A stretch of 23,014 bases of DNA from an uncultured virus (IMG/VR IMGVR_UViG_3300034375_009390) (IMGVR_UViG_3300034375_009390); one strand, 5' to 3'; positions 9,872-16,150 are shown, counted from the first letter of the stretch. Notes: generated by a model from the sequence alone, not told the origin. Made by a program: numbers and translations.

Positions 9872-10273
9872 TCAAACAAAAGCCACGCGGTCTGTGGACG
9901 AGTCTGAGCACAGATATACCATCCCAGGAGCCCACTCCTCCAACTTACCTGTCAGGTCACTCTTAACGATGTAGAAGGGTTTACGGGTTCCCGTTTTAGT
10001 TCGAGACTCACCGTAGTCAACAATCACCCCGGTTCGATTTGGTCCGCCAAGATTTGCACTGGGCTTACGCTTACCCACGCGGTCTCCAATTTGAAACTTC
10101 ATCTTTGGTTTGCGAGAGGACATGTTTTTAAGACAGTTGTTTGCGTCTAAAACCGCAAAAACTGCCCGCATTCGATGGAGAGATGAAAGAGTCTCATCTT
10201 TAAACTCATCAGACCAAAACGCATCGACACAAGCAACCAGAAGATCACGCTCAGATAACTTCGTTGAGCTCAT
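9872..10273 (-). CDS. Hypothetical protein (C-terminal SH3/KOW-like, KFQIGDRV...)
   Basis: 133-aa ORF in the minus-strand operon. Confidence 0.65.
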   Translation of the reverse strand: MSSTKLSERDLLVACVDAFWSDEFKDETLSSLHRMRAVFAVLDANNCLKNMSSRKPKMKFQIGDRVGKRKPSANLGGPNRTGVIVDYGESRTKTGTRKPFYIVKSDLTGKLEEWAPGMVYLCSDSSTDRVAFV

Positions 10274-10421
10274 GTGGAATGAAGTGTTCGCAATCTTGAT
10301 CTGACGTAGGGTCGAAAAAGTTGGCGTAACTTTGACGACGCCCAGGTTCAGCGATAAACCTATGGCAGTTCAAACGCCTGGGACAACCCTGTGAATTGGC
10401 GCAAAGCGTAATGTCAGCCAT
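10251..10421 (-). CDS. Small Cys-rich phage protein (56 aa)
   Basis: MADITLCANSQGCPRRLNCHRFIAEPGRRQSYANFFDPTSDQDCEHFIPHELNEVI; D-I-x-x-C...CP....C.R pattern common in phage small proteins. Below the ORF-track cutoff. Confidence 0.7.
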   Translation of the reverse strand: MADITLCANSQGCPRRLNCHRFIAEPGRRQSYANFFDPTSDQDCEHFIPHELNEVI

Positions 10422-10435
10422 AAGAAGATGCTGAA

Positions 10436-10508
10436 TAGCCGACCCCGGATTCGAACCGGGACTTGAGCGATTTTAAGTCGCTTGCCTCTGCCGTTGGGCT
10501 AGCCGGCC
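10436..10508 (-). tRNA. trnL: tRNA-Leu (anticodon UAA), short variable loop, CCA not encoded
   Basis: Minus strand GGCCGGC TA GCCCAACGGCAGAGGC A AGCGA CTTAAAA TCGCT CAAGT CCCGG TTCGAAT CCGGG GTCGGCT A; full 73-nt cloverleaf, anticodon at 10473-10475, discriminator A. Confidence 0.93.
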
Positions 10509-10705
10509 AGTGATGTCAGTATACAATCACTCTTGTGTTTCCGCCAGAAGTACAGTCTCTTCTCGTGTACTAGATGCCACGAGCTCACGAAACACACGTC
10601 ACCCCAGATCGAGGAGACCCGAACACAGTCGTCTTCGAGCTGCTCGACCGAGGTGCACGCATCCAGTTCAGTTGCCTCGGGATTCAAGGCGGGCTCGGTA
10701 GGCAT
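10499..10705 (-). CDS. Hypothetical protein
   Basis: 68-aa ORF; its stop codon falls inside the 5' end of the tRNA. Confidence 0.55.
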   Translation of the reverse strand: MPTEPALNPEATELDACTSVEQLEDDCVRVSSIWGDVCFVSSWHLVHEKRLYFWRKHKSDCILTSLAG

Positions 10706-10988
10706 CAGCTTCGACAGTGCAGGTCAGGTGAGCCCGGTTGCTATCAGACCGGACACCCTGGTTCACGAAGTTTAGTATGCACCGTTCGTAGTGCTGACGG
10801 CTCAACTTTGCGTTTTCGTTAAAAATCGGGCTGTTCTGCTTGATGAACGCAGCCCCCAGAACAAAAACGACTAGGAAGGTTGACCCAGCAAGTGCAGCCA
10901 GGATTGAGACACCAATAAGATCTGGGGTCCGCCACACGGCAGCAGTCTTAACCAGATCGCGGGAATCAAGACGGACGCGGGTGTTCAT
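10668..10988 (-). CDS. Hypothetical membrane protein
   Basis: Hydrophobic segment LIGVSILAALAGSTFLVVFVLGAAFI; ATG at 10988 lies downstream of the putative promoter at 11013-11024. Confidence 0.6.
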   Translation of the reverse strand: MNTRVRLDSRDLVKTAAVWRTPDLIGVSILAALAGSTFLVVFVLGAAFIKQNSPIFNENAKLSRQHYERCILNFVNQGVRSDSNRAHLTCTVEADAYRARLESRGN

Positions 10989-11012
10989 GTGATTTGGGTG
11001 TGATCTGTGATT

Positions 11013-11047
11013 ATGGTAGCACACTATGCGGCGGCCCCGGTAACGGG
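11013..11047 (-). promoter_or_regulatory. Putative extended -10 promoter (GTGTGC-TACCAT) preceded by a short hairpin and GCCGCCGCA motif
   Basis: Minus strand CCCG-TTAC-CGGG-GCCGCCGCA-TA-GTGTGC-TACCAT; the same GTGTGCTA core recurs at 13722 and 19977. Confidence 0.55.
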
Positions 11048-11104
11048 CTTTATTGCTGCGCCCACAGACTTTGCATTATTATGCTGCTAGCAACGAACTG
11101 ACAC

Positions 11105-11722
11105 ATGTCCGTCTTACTGGATGAGAAATATGAGATTACTCATGACTGGTATACGAACCTGACTCGGAGCTATGAAGCGCTGCAATCCGAGCCACGCGCC
11201 AAAAAGCTTAATTTCAAACCTGATTCTAAGCGACTCATTCTCGAAATCGGTATCTACGAGGGCGCTTCTACAGTTTGGTGGTCCGACAACTTCCTAGAAC
11301 ACCCCGAAAGCCGCTTGATCACGATCGATCCTTTCACCGGCTCGGACGAACATATTGCCAGTCCTTCACAGTACCCAACCCTAAACCGTATCGAGCAAAT
11401 CGCTCGGACCAACGTCGCCCGCAGCAAACAACCCGGCAAGGTCGACATTCGCAAGGGTCTCAGCTGGAACCTGTTCCCAGACCTGCTTGACGACCTCGAA
11501 CAGGGTCTCGACATCCTCTACATCGACGGATCCCACGAAACCGTGGCTGTCATGCGCGACCTAACTCTGTTCTACCCCTACGTAAAACCCGGTGGCGCCG
11601 TAATCATCGACGATTACGCGTGGGACAGCGTTAAATCCGGCGTCGATGCCTGCGTTGCATCCTTTATGGACGTAGAAAACGGCTTCTGCTGCTTCAACCA
11701 GCTCTGGACAATCAAAAAATGA
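11105..11722 (+). CDS. Class I SAM-dependent methyltransferase (Methyltransf_24-like)
   Basis: ILEIGIYEGAST, IDPF, DILYIDGSH and VKPGGAVIIDDY motifs. Confidence 0.9.
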   Translation: MSVLLDEKYEITHDWYTNLTRSYEALQSEPRAKKLNFKPDSKRLILEIGIYEGASTVWWSDNFLEHPESRLITIDPFTGSDEHIASPSQYPTLNRIEQIARTNVARSKQPGKVDIRKGLSWNLFPDLLDDLEQGLDILYIDGSHETVAVMRDLTLFYPYVKPGGAVIIDDYAWDSVKSGVDACVASFMDVENGFCCFNQLWTIKK

Positions 11723-12600
11723 CCCGATTTAACGTAATCTGCACCGGATCCGGCATTCATAAATGGGGCAAATCCTGGGTCGAGCACATGCTCAGCCATC
11801 TGAACTGCAAATTCCACTATTTAACCCCCTCAGATGACATCCCACTCCTAGAAAAGTGTATTGTCGTCACCAACACGACGGAATCTTACTTTTACATTCG
11901 CCGTTTACAGCAGGCCCACCTCAAATACGGCGTCATTTTGCTGTCCGACGAGTGCCTCGACTCCTCATTGGCGTTTTTAAATAACCCAGAGTGCGTGTTT
12001 CTGGCCCGAAACTACGTACACCCAGGCTGTTACCGAAACTTTAAAGTGTTTCACTTCGGGCTCGGCTACAAAAACGAGTTCGAGAAGTACGCAAACCCAC
12101 GCCGAACCGCATCAAACCGCGAGTTTCTGTGGAGTTTCACCGGTTCGCTGAAGGCGGATCGACAACACGCCCTCGAAGTCTTCTCCCAATTCGAACCAAA
12201 CTTCATGTACCTTGTCGAAAAGTTCGACGACCCGGAATATTTAACTACACAAAAATACGCCCAAACCCTGAACGACAGCATTTTCGTTCTTGCACCAGCC
12301 GGTGGGGCGAGCAACGACTCGTTCAGGATTTACGAAGCTCTGGAATGCGGAGCAATTCCGGTCGTGATGCGCAACACGCCACACCTACAGATCATGCCGA
12401 GCTACTGGCACGGGATCTTCCCAGGTTCAGATTTGCCGTTTGTCGTAGCAGACACGTGGGAAGAAGCTGCCGAACAAGTCCAATCGCTAATCAACGACAA
12501 CCACGTCGAACTCGTTCGCAAAGAGTGTATGGATTTCTGGCGCAGCTGGAAAAAGTCGTGGAGGCTCGAATTCGAAAAACGAGCCGCCAGTCTCATTTAA
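11719..12600 (+). CDS. Exostosin/GT47-like glycosyltransferase
   Basis: WSFTGS and Y...LNDSIFVLAPAGG...DSFRIYEALECGAIPVV; ATGA-coupled to the methyltransferase. Confidence 0.8.
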   Translation: MTRFNVICTGSGIHKWGKSWVEHMLSHLNCKFHYLTPSDDIPLLEKCIVVTNTTESYFYIRRLQQAHLKYGVILLSDECLDSSLAFLNNPECVFLARNYVHPGCYRNFKVFHFGLGYKNEFEKYANPRRTASNREFLWSFTGSLKADRQHALEVFSQFEPNFMYLVEKFDDPEYLTTQKYAQTLNDSIFVLAPAGGASNDSFRIYEALECGAIPVVMRNTPHLQIMPSYWHGIFPGSDLPFVVADTWEEAAEQVQSLINDNHVELVRKECMDFWRSWKKSWRLEFEKRAASLI

Positions 12601-12755
12601 GACTCATTTTGAACACGTTCCATGCAGTACGACCGGAACAGTTCTTTACACTCGTCGTCAGAAATCCCTAAAGCCTTGGCTGCCTTAGGTACATTCCAGC
12701 GAGCCTTAAACAACATATCCAAAGGATCTACTTCATCTGATTTCAAGTTCCCCAT
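12597..12755 (-). CDS. Small HTH-like cyanophage-type protein (52 aa)
   Basis: MGNLKSDEVDPLDMLFKARWNVPKAAKALGISDDECKELFRSYCMERVQNES; not in the ORF track. Confidence 0.7.
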   Translation of the reverse strand: MGNLKSDEVDPLDMLFKARWNVPKAAKALGISDDECKELFRSYCMERVQNES

Positions 12756-12912
12756 TTTTATCCCAACTCATGTACGTACTCAGACGATGGCGGTCGACGT
12801 TGGCTTGGAACTTAGCCACGGTCGTCGGATTCACGCCGCTATTTAACTTTATCAGCTTCGCAAGCTGAACAACGATGGGGACGTCGCCCATCACGGAGGG
12901 GTCTGCTTCCAC
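12733..12912 (-). CDS. Hypothetical protein (59 aa)
   Basis: GTG start; MEADPSVMGDVPIVVQLAKLIKLNSGVNPTTVAKFQANVDRHRLSTYMSWDKNGELEIR; fills the gap in the minus-strand run. Start uncertain. Confidence 0.55.
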   Translation of the reverse strand: MEADPSVMGDVPIVVQLAKLIKLNSGVNPTTVAKFQANVDRHRLSTYMSWDKNGELEIR

Positions 12913-12952
12913 AACGGGCGCTTAAATCCCTCTTAATTTACTCCCAACCGAA

Positions 12953-13114
12953 TCAAAAAACGGATGGTCCTTCGGCAGTTACAGCAGGACGGTAACGAAC
13001 ACCCCGATAGCAAAGCCAGAGCGTGGCGCGATGCACAAGCGACCACCAAGCTAGGTGGTTCTTGTGATGCTGTTCGCGATCATATGTAACACCGCGATAC
13101 GTAATTGTTGTCAC
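12953..13114 (-). CDS. DUF4278-like small protein (53 aa)
   Basis: MTTITYRGVTYDREQHHKNHLAWWSLVHRATLWLCYRGVRYRPAVTAEGPSVF; two YRGVxY repeats typical of cyanobacterial/cyanophage DUF4278. Not in the ORF track. Confidence 0.8.
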   Translation of the reverse strand: MTTITYRGVTYDREQHHKNHLAWWSLVHRATLWLCYRGVRYRPAVTAEGPSVF

Positions 13115-13147
13115 TACAGTTCAGCAACTGTAGTTATTCTAAAGACT

Positions 13148-13161
13148 GTAACGTGAGCTAC
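13148..13161. promoter_or_regulatory. NtcA-type box GTA-N8-TAC next to the -10 element of the DUF4278-like gene
   Basis: tGTAacgtgagcTACt; on the minus strand it lies 6 nt before TAGAAT (13141-13136). Confidence 0.55.
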
Positions 13162-13201
13162 TTAGTTTAGGGTGTTACAAGATGAGTTAAGAAAACCTTA
13201 G

Positions 13202-13429
13202 TTACACACCCTTAAGCATCCCACGCTGACGAAGCAACTCGATCAAGCTTCCTCCGGGAGCGTTCTCTAAAAGCTCGTTCATACGGCGATCGTCCCGCCG
13301 TTGATTGACCAGATCACGAAACTGATCTTGATCAAGAGGGAAAGAAACGTCACCGTCACCGGTAACACCAGCAATCATCTGCTCGGCGATGACTTTATCG
13401 AGGAACTGCTTAGCGATGTCGCCGGGCAT
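13202..13429 (-). CDS. Hypothetical protein
   Basis: 75-aa ORF with ATG start. Confidence 0.65.
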   Translation of the reverse strand: MPGDIAKQFLDKVIAEQMIAGVTGDGDVSFPLDQDQFRDLVNQRRDDRRMNELLENAPGGSLIELLRQRGMLKGV

Positions 13430-13502
13430 GTCGTTAAAAATACCTGAGTTAACTTTAGCGTGTAAAAGATCCTAGGATTAAATCGACCTACATCTCCCCA
13501 AA

Positions 13503-13697
13503 GTGACTCGGGAGTGGAATACACCCACGCGTGAACCGTGGAATACAGCGATTAAGACTGCACTAGACACTCTAGACAAACATAATCAGTTTTATTTTAA
13601 AACAAACGATACAAAACACTTGATTTTAGCTCAATTACTACGAGATTACGTAAATTATCTTAAAAATTTGATCACGGAGACCGAAGACCAGCCCTAA
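13503..13697 (+). CDS. Small cyanophage-type protein (REWNTP.REPWN)
   Basis: 64 aa, GTG start; N-terminal motif recalled from cyanophage hypothetical proteins, not checked by search. Confidence 0.7.
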   Translation: MTREWNTPTREPWNTAIKTALDTLDKHNQFYFKTNDTKHLILAQLLRDYVNYLKNLITETEDQP

Positions 13698-13699
13698 CT

Positions 13700-13733
13700 C
13701 CGCTTCGCGGGCGCCTTCATGGTGTGCTATAGT
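13700..13733 (+). promoter_or_regulatory. Triloop hairpin plus GCGCC motif and extended -10 (GTGTGC-TATAGT)
   Basis: CCGC-TTC-GCGG-GCGCC-TTCATG-GTGTGC-TATAGT, 25 nt before the ATG at 13759. Confidence 0.6.
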
Positions 13734-13758
13734 AAGCACGTAGTCACATCACAAGCAC

Positions 13759-13863
13759 ATGCGCACCTACAAAGTCCGTCTCGGCGTCTCTGGTCGTTCA
13801 GTCGGTAGCCGCACGGGAAGAAAAACCTCTTCTAGCTGGAGCAAGCGCGTCCGCTGGACCTGA
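13759..13863 (+). CDS. Very basic 34-aa peptide
   Basis: MRTYKVRLGVSGRSVGSRTGRKTSSSWSKRVRWT, bracketed by a promoter-like site and a terminator. Confidence 0.55.
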   Translation: MRTYKVRLGVSGRSVGSRTGRKTSSSWSKRVRWT

Positions 13864-13874
13864 AAAGTTTGACG

Positions 13875-13902
13875 AGTCGCCCCACGCGGGCGATTTTTTT
13901 TT
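13875..13902 (+). terminator. Rho-independent terminator
   Basis: AGTCGCCC-CACGC-GGGCGATT stem-loop running into T9 (13894-13902). Confidence 0.85.
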
Positions 13903-14074
13903 CGACAAGCGGCTGATTGTATACTGACACTCAAAAGTTTTACCTCAATTTCCCAGCAAGATACCCATACCCTTCTCGCCCGGGGCGTCGTCGAAAGGCT
14001 CTATTTAAAAAAAAGGCGAATTGCGGGCAGGATTGCGCATACATGTAAACCATTTACATTTATATTTAGGCCCC

Positions 14075-14182
14075 CGCGTGCGTGCGCGTGTACATGTGCG
14101 CGTGTGCGCCTGCGTGTACGCGTGTGCGCGTATATACGCGCGTGGGTGTGCGCGTTACATTCGCGCGTGCGGACGCGTGCGC
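14075..14182. repeat. Alternating purine-pyrimidine (CG/TG/TA) low-complexity tract with central palindrome
   Basis: Unbroken alternation at 14075-14109 and 14111-14144 plus shorter runs; perfect palindrome GCGCGTATATACGCGC at 14126-14141. Confidence 0.9.
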
Positions 14183-14217
14183 CCGGTTCTTGTTACCTAC
14201 CAGCAAGCCCCGGAGAG

Positions 14218-14277
14218 TGTGCCAATCAACTATCCGGCACAAGACTGTTGACTCCCTGCACTGATCCGGCATACCTT
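14218..14277 (+). promoter_or_regulatory. Sigma70-type early promoter with upstream inverted repeat
   Basis: TGTGCC-N12-GGCACA (14218-14241), -35 TTGACT (14248-14253), 18-nt spacer, -10 TACCTT (14272-14277). Confidence 0.6.
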
Positions 14278-14317
14278 GTGGTCACTGGAGGAACGGGGTG
14301 AGAGCCACGCCGCCAGG

Positions 14318-14330
14318 GCACCTGGACAAC
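14318..14330 (+). promoter_or_regulatory. boxA-like antitermination element 1
   Basis: GCACCTGGACAAC directly after a CTGG...CCAG-closed hairpin (boxB-like position). Confidence 0.5.
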
Positions 14331-14466
14331 CGAAGAGGAACCGCCGGGCCGAACCAGCCCCGCAACTGCCGCCGATGGTAGGGAGAACATCCCCGAAGTG
14401 TAGGCGATGGCAGACGTGGTGTGCCGGAACGTGAAGCAGCGGATCCTTAAAGGTAACTAGGTGAGA

Positions 14467-14479
14467 GAACCTTGACAAT
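14467..14479 (+). promoter_or_regulatory. boxA-like antitermination element 2
   Basis: GAACCTTGACAAT matches the cyanobacterial rrn boxA pattern GAACCTTGA(A/C)AA. Confidence 0.6.
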
Positions 14480-15105
14480 CTAAATAGTTAGTCGTGCTGA
14501 GATAGTTTGCACGGAAAGCCTAAGGTATGGCTAACTGTTTTACATAATGTGGCACCGTCAAGAGACGGAACTAGGGGTGCGAGCGATCCCCCGAGCACAA
14601 TAGAGTTGCAACCCGACTCGCTAAGTGTGCACGGTGCCGTATGTCAGCAGGTATCTTGTCTGTAACTAAGGAAATGTATCGGCGTTAAACATTAGCCACG
14701 CTCGCCACGTGGCGACTGAATACAACCTACATGCTGTCCGTATGTAGTTAGTTACAGTACACAAGCTGTGTCCAGAGTATCTGTCCTTAGTGCAGGTACG
14801 CTGGACAGACTACCTAAGCTCCACTGCACCGTCTGTGCACGATGGCAGCGCAGGATTATATAGTTTGTGTGCACAATTGTGTGCTGTAACTAACTACATG
14901 CAGCAGTTTAGTTTCAGTTAGCTGGCCCGACTTTTAGTTGGGGAAGTCCAGCTAACGCCTAGCGTATTGTCGCTTGGTATGTATCAGGATCAAGTTAGAT
15001 CATTCTTGATCACAGACTGTAGACTCTCTCCCCAAGCTTATCAGTTTGGTGAGGGATTCACTCCCTCTTTGTTGTTAGCTGCCAGCTCTATTGCTGGTGA
15101 ATGTT

Positions 15106-15414
15106 ATGAACATCCGCACGAACAATGTTCCTCGCGATCTGATGCACTTGTGCGACTTTAGCCCATCAGATCAAGACAAGATCCGCAAGCAATACGATTG
15201 GATGGATCCTAATGATCTTGAGTGTAACTATGGTTTCTTTAAATATCGTGGTTGCATTTATCATCTGCAAGAGTTTCTAACTACAGAGAATGTAGCGTCC
15301 GGTGCTCTTACTGAATGGGATGGATGCCTCGGCGATTCATATTTCAGCGGCACACTTATCAAGCTCGCCGACAACGACTGCGACCGTGTGATCGTAGGTC
15401 GTTACTTCTGCTGA
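15106..15414 (+). CDS. Hypothetical early phage protein
   Basis: MNIRTNNVPRDL...FFKYRG..YHLQEF...WDG...DSYFSG; first gene of the plus-strand array. ATG at 15106 preferred. Confidence 0.8.
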   Translation: MNIRTNNVPRDLMHLCDFSPSDQDKIRKQYDWMDPNDLECNYGFFKYRGCIYHLQEFLTTENVASGALTEWDGCLGDSYFSGTLIKLADNDCDRVIVGRYFC

Positions 15415-15418
15415 TTAA

Positions 15419-15440
15419 CTGTAACTAATCCAACGCAATC
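15419..15440 (+). repeat. Start-associated intergenic repeat, copy 1
   Basis: CTGTAACTAATCCAACGCAATC between the stop at 15414 and the ATG at 15446. Confidence 0.9.
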
Positions 15441-15445
15441 AAACC

Positions 15446-15703
15446 ATGACTGAACTGCAAACTACTGTGTACACTCTGCCCGCACACTGGGCCAGCATTC
15501 TGATCAACCACGATTACACCGGCACAAGTGACGAAGAAGAACAAGAGATTAGTAACTTTATCGACGGTGAATTCGGTGAGTCTCTGTTCTGTACTGTGTG
15601 CCTAACTGATAACGACAGCGAACCCGAGTTCCGTAAGTATCATGACGCACAACCTTATGGTGTGCTTGCTTGTGACTGCCTGGACTACACATTCATTCAC
15701 TGA
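15446..15703 (+). CDS. Hypothetical acidic phage protein
   Basis: 85 aa, YTLPAHWASILIN.D.TG pattern; preceded by the repeat. Confidence 0.8.
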   Translation: MTELQTTVYTLPAHWASILINHDYTGTSDEEEQEISNFIDGEFGESLFCTVCLTDNDSEPEFRKYHDAQPYGVLACDCLDYTFIH

Positions 15704-15707
15704 TCAA

Positions 15708-15729
15708 CTGTAACTAACCCAACACAATC
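15708..15729 (+). repeat. Start-associated intergenic repeat, copy 2
   Basis: CTGTAACTAACCCAACACAATC, identical to 16118-16139. Confidence 0.92.
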
Positions 15730-15734
15730 TGATC

Positions 15735-15950
15735 ATGACCAAAGAGTCTTACTACTTTGTCGCTGAACGTACAACAACTCGCCGTGGTTGTACTCAAGAT
15801 AAGCAGGAACTTATCTGCATCAACGCCGATAGTTTCCACGCTGCTGATAAGTGGATCAACGCCAACTACAAAGGTTGGATTCATTATCACGTCACCGAAC
15901 CCGCGCCTTATCTGTTCACTGCCACCAACTTTTGCGCTTACTCTGCCTGA
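15735..15950 (+). CDS. Hypothetical protein
   Basis: 71 aa; preceded by the repeat. Confidence 0.75.
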   Translation: MTKESYYFVAERTTTRRGCTQDKQELICINADSFHAADKWINANYKGWIHYHVTEPAPYLFTATNFCAYSA

Positions 15951-15952
15951 TT

Positions 15953-16117
15953 ATGACCTACTACATCAACCGCCAAGCTGGCCGTTATCACGAAACGGTC
16001 GATGAGTTTGTGTCACGTTCTGAAGCAGAACGTATGTGTAAAGAGTACCAATTCGGCGAGCACGGTAGAGCTTACTTCTACGTCTCTCGTGTTGCACGTC
16101 CTAACTGGACTGTCTGA
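15953..16117 (+). CDS. Hypothetical phage protein (54 aa)
   Basis: MTYYINRQAGRYHETVDEFVSRSEAERMCKEY...; 3' part of track ORF 15851..16117, ATG 2 nt after the previous stop. Confidence 0.75.
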   Translation: MTYYINRQAGRYHETVDEFVSRSEAERMCKEYQFGEHGRAYFYVSRVARPNWTV

Positions 16118-16139
16118 CTGTAACTAACCCAACACAATC
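16118..16139 (+). repeat. Start-associated intergenic repeat, copy 3
   Basis: CTGTAACTAACCCAACACAATC immediately after the TGA ending at 16117. Confidence 0.92.
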
Positions 16140-16150
16140 ACATTAACATC

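Larger units (their letters stand above)
14284..15076 (+). ncRNA. Putative large structured non-coding/leader RNA
   Basis: No credible ORF. Nested helices seen by eye: 14366-70/14409-13, 14529-40/14687-97, 14551-58/14631-38, 14740-64/14877-901 (25 bp), 14769-75/14801-07, 14917-25/14948-56, 14988-94/15005-11. Many non-Watson-Crick positions are G-U on the plus strand. Boundaries approximate. Confidence 0.7.

Noticed and set aside
12622..12846. Plus-strand 74-aa ORF and 12129..12671
   Set aside because: Overlap better-supported genes (exostosin-like gene and two minus-strand small ORFs).
12852..12868. Perfect 7-bp hairpin TCAGCTT-CGC-AAGCTGA as another triloop element
   Set aside because: Lies inside the 12733-12912 ORF, has a different loop register and no GCGCC tail.
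13115..13201. Glutamine (glnA / Downstream-peptide) riboswitch upstream of the DUF4278-like gene
   Set aside because: No CGUUCA-type aptamer core seen, and the predicted leader is too short.
14021..14301. Several 60-76 aa ORFs (RVCACV-type) in the ORF track
   Set aside because: Artefacts of the stop-poor alternating purine-pyrimidine tract; low-complexity translations in several frames on both strands.
14498..14517. Hammerhead ribozyme (CTGA...GAAA)
   Set aside because: Core reads CTGAGAT, not CUGANGA, and stems I-III with an NUH site cannot be built.
14744..14755. NtcA box in the long helix (GTA-gttagt-TAC)
   Set aside because: Spacer is 6 nt rather than the 8 nt NtcA requires.
14740..14901. 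Retron msr-msd or group I/II intron
   Set aside because: No reverse transcriptase in the window, no interrupted gene, and no intron core motifs recognised.
14230..15161. Track ORFs 14230..14478 (-) and 14967..15161 (+)
   Set aside because: Weak starts, no recognisable protein features, antisense to or overlapping the structured leader and first real gene.
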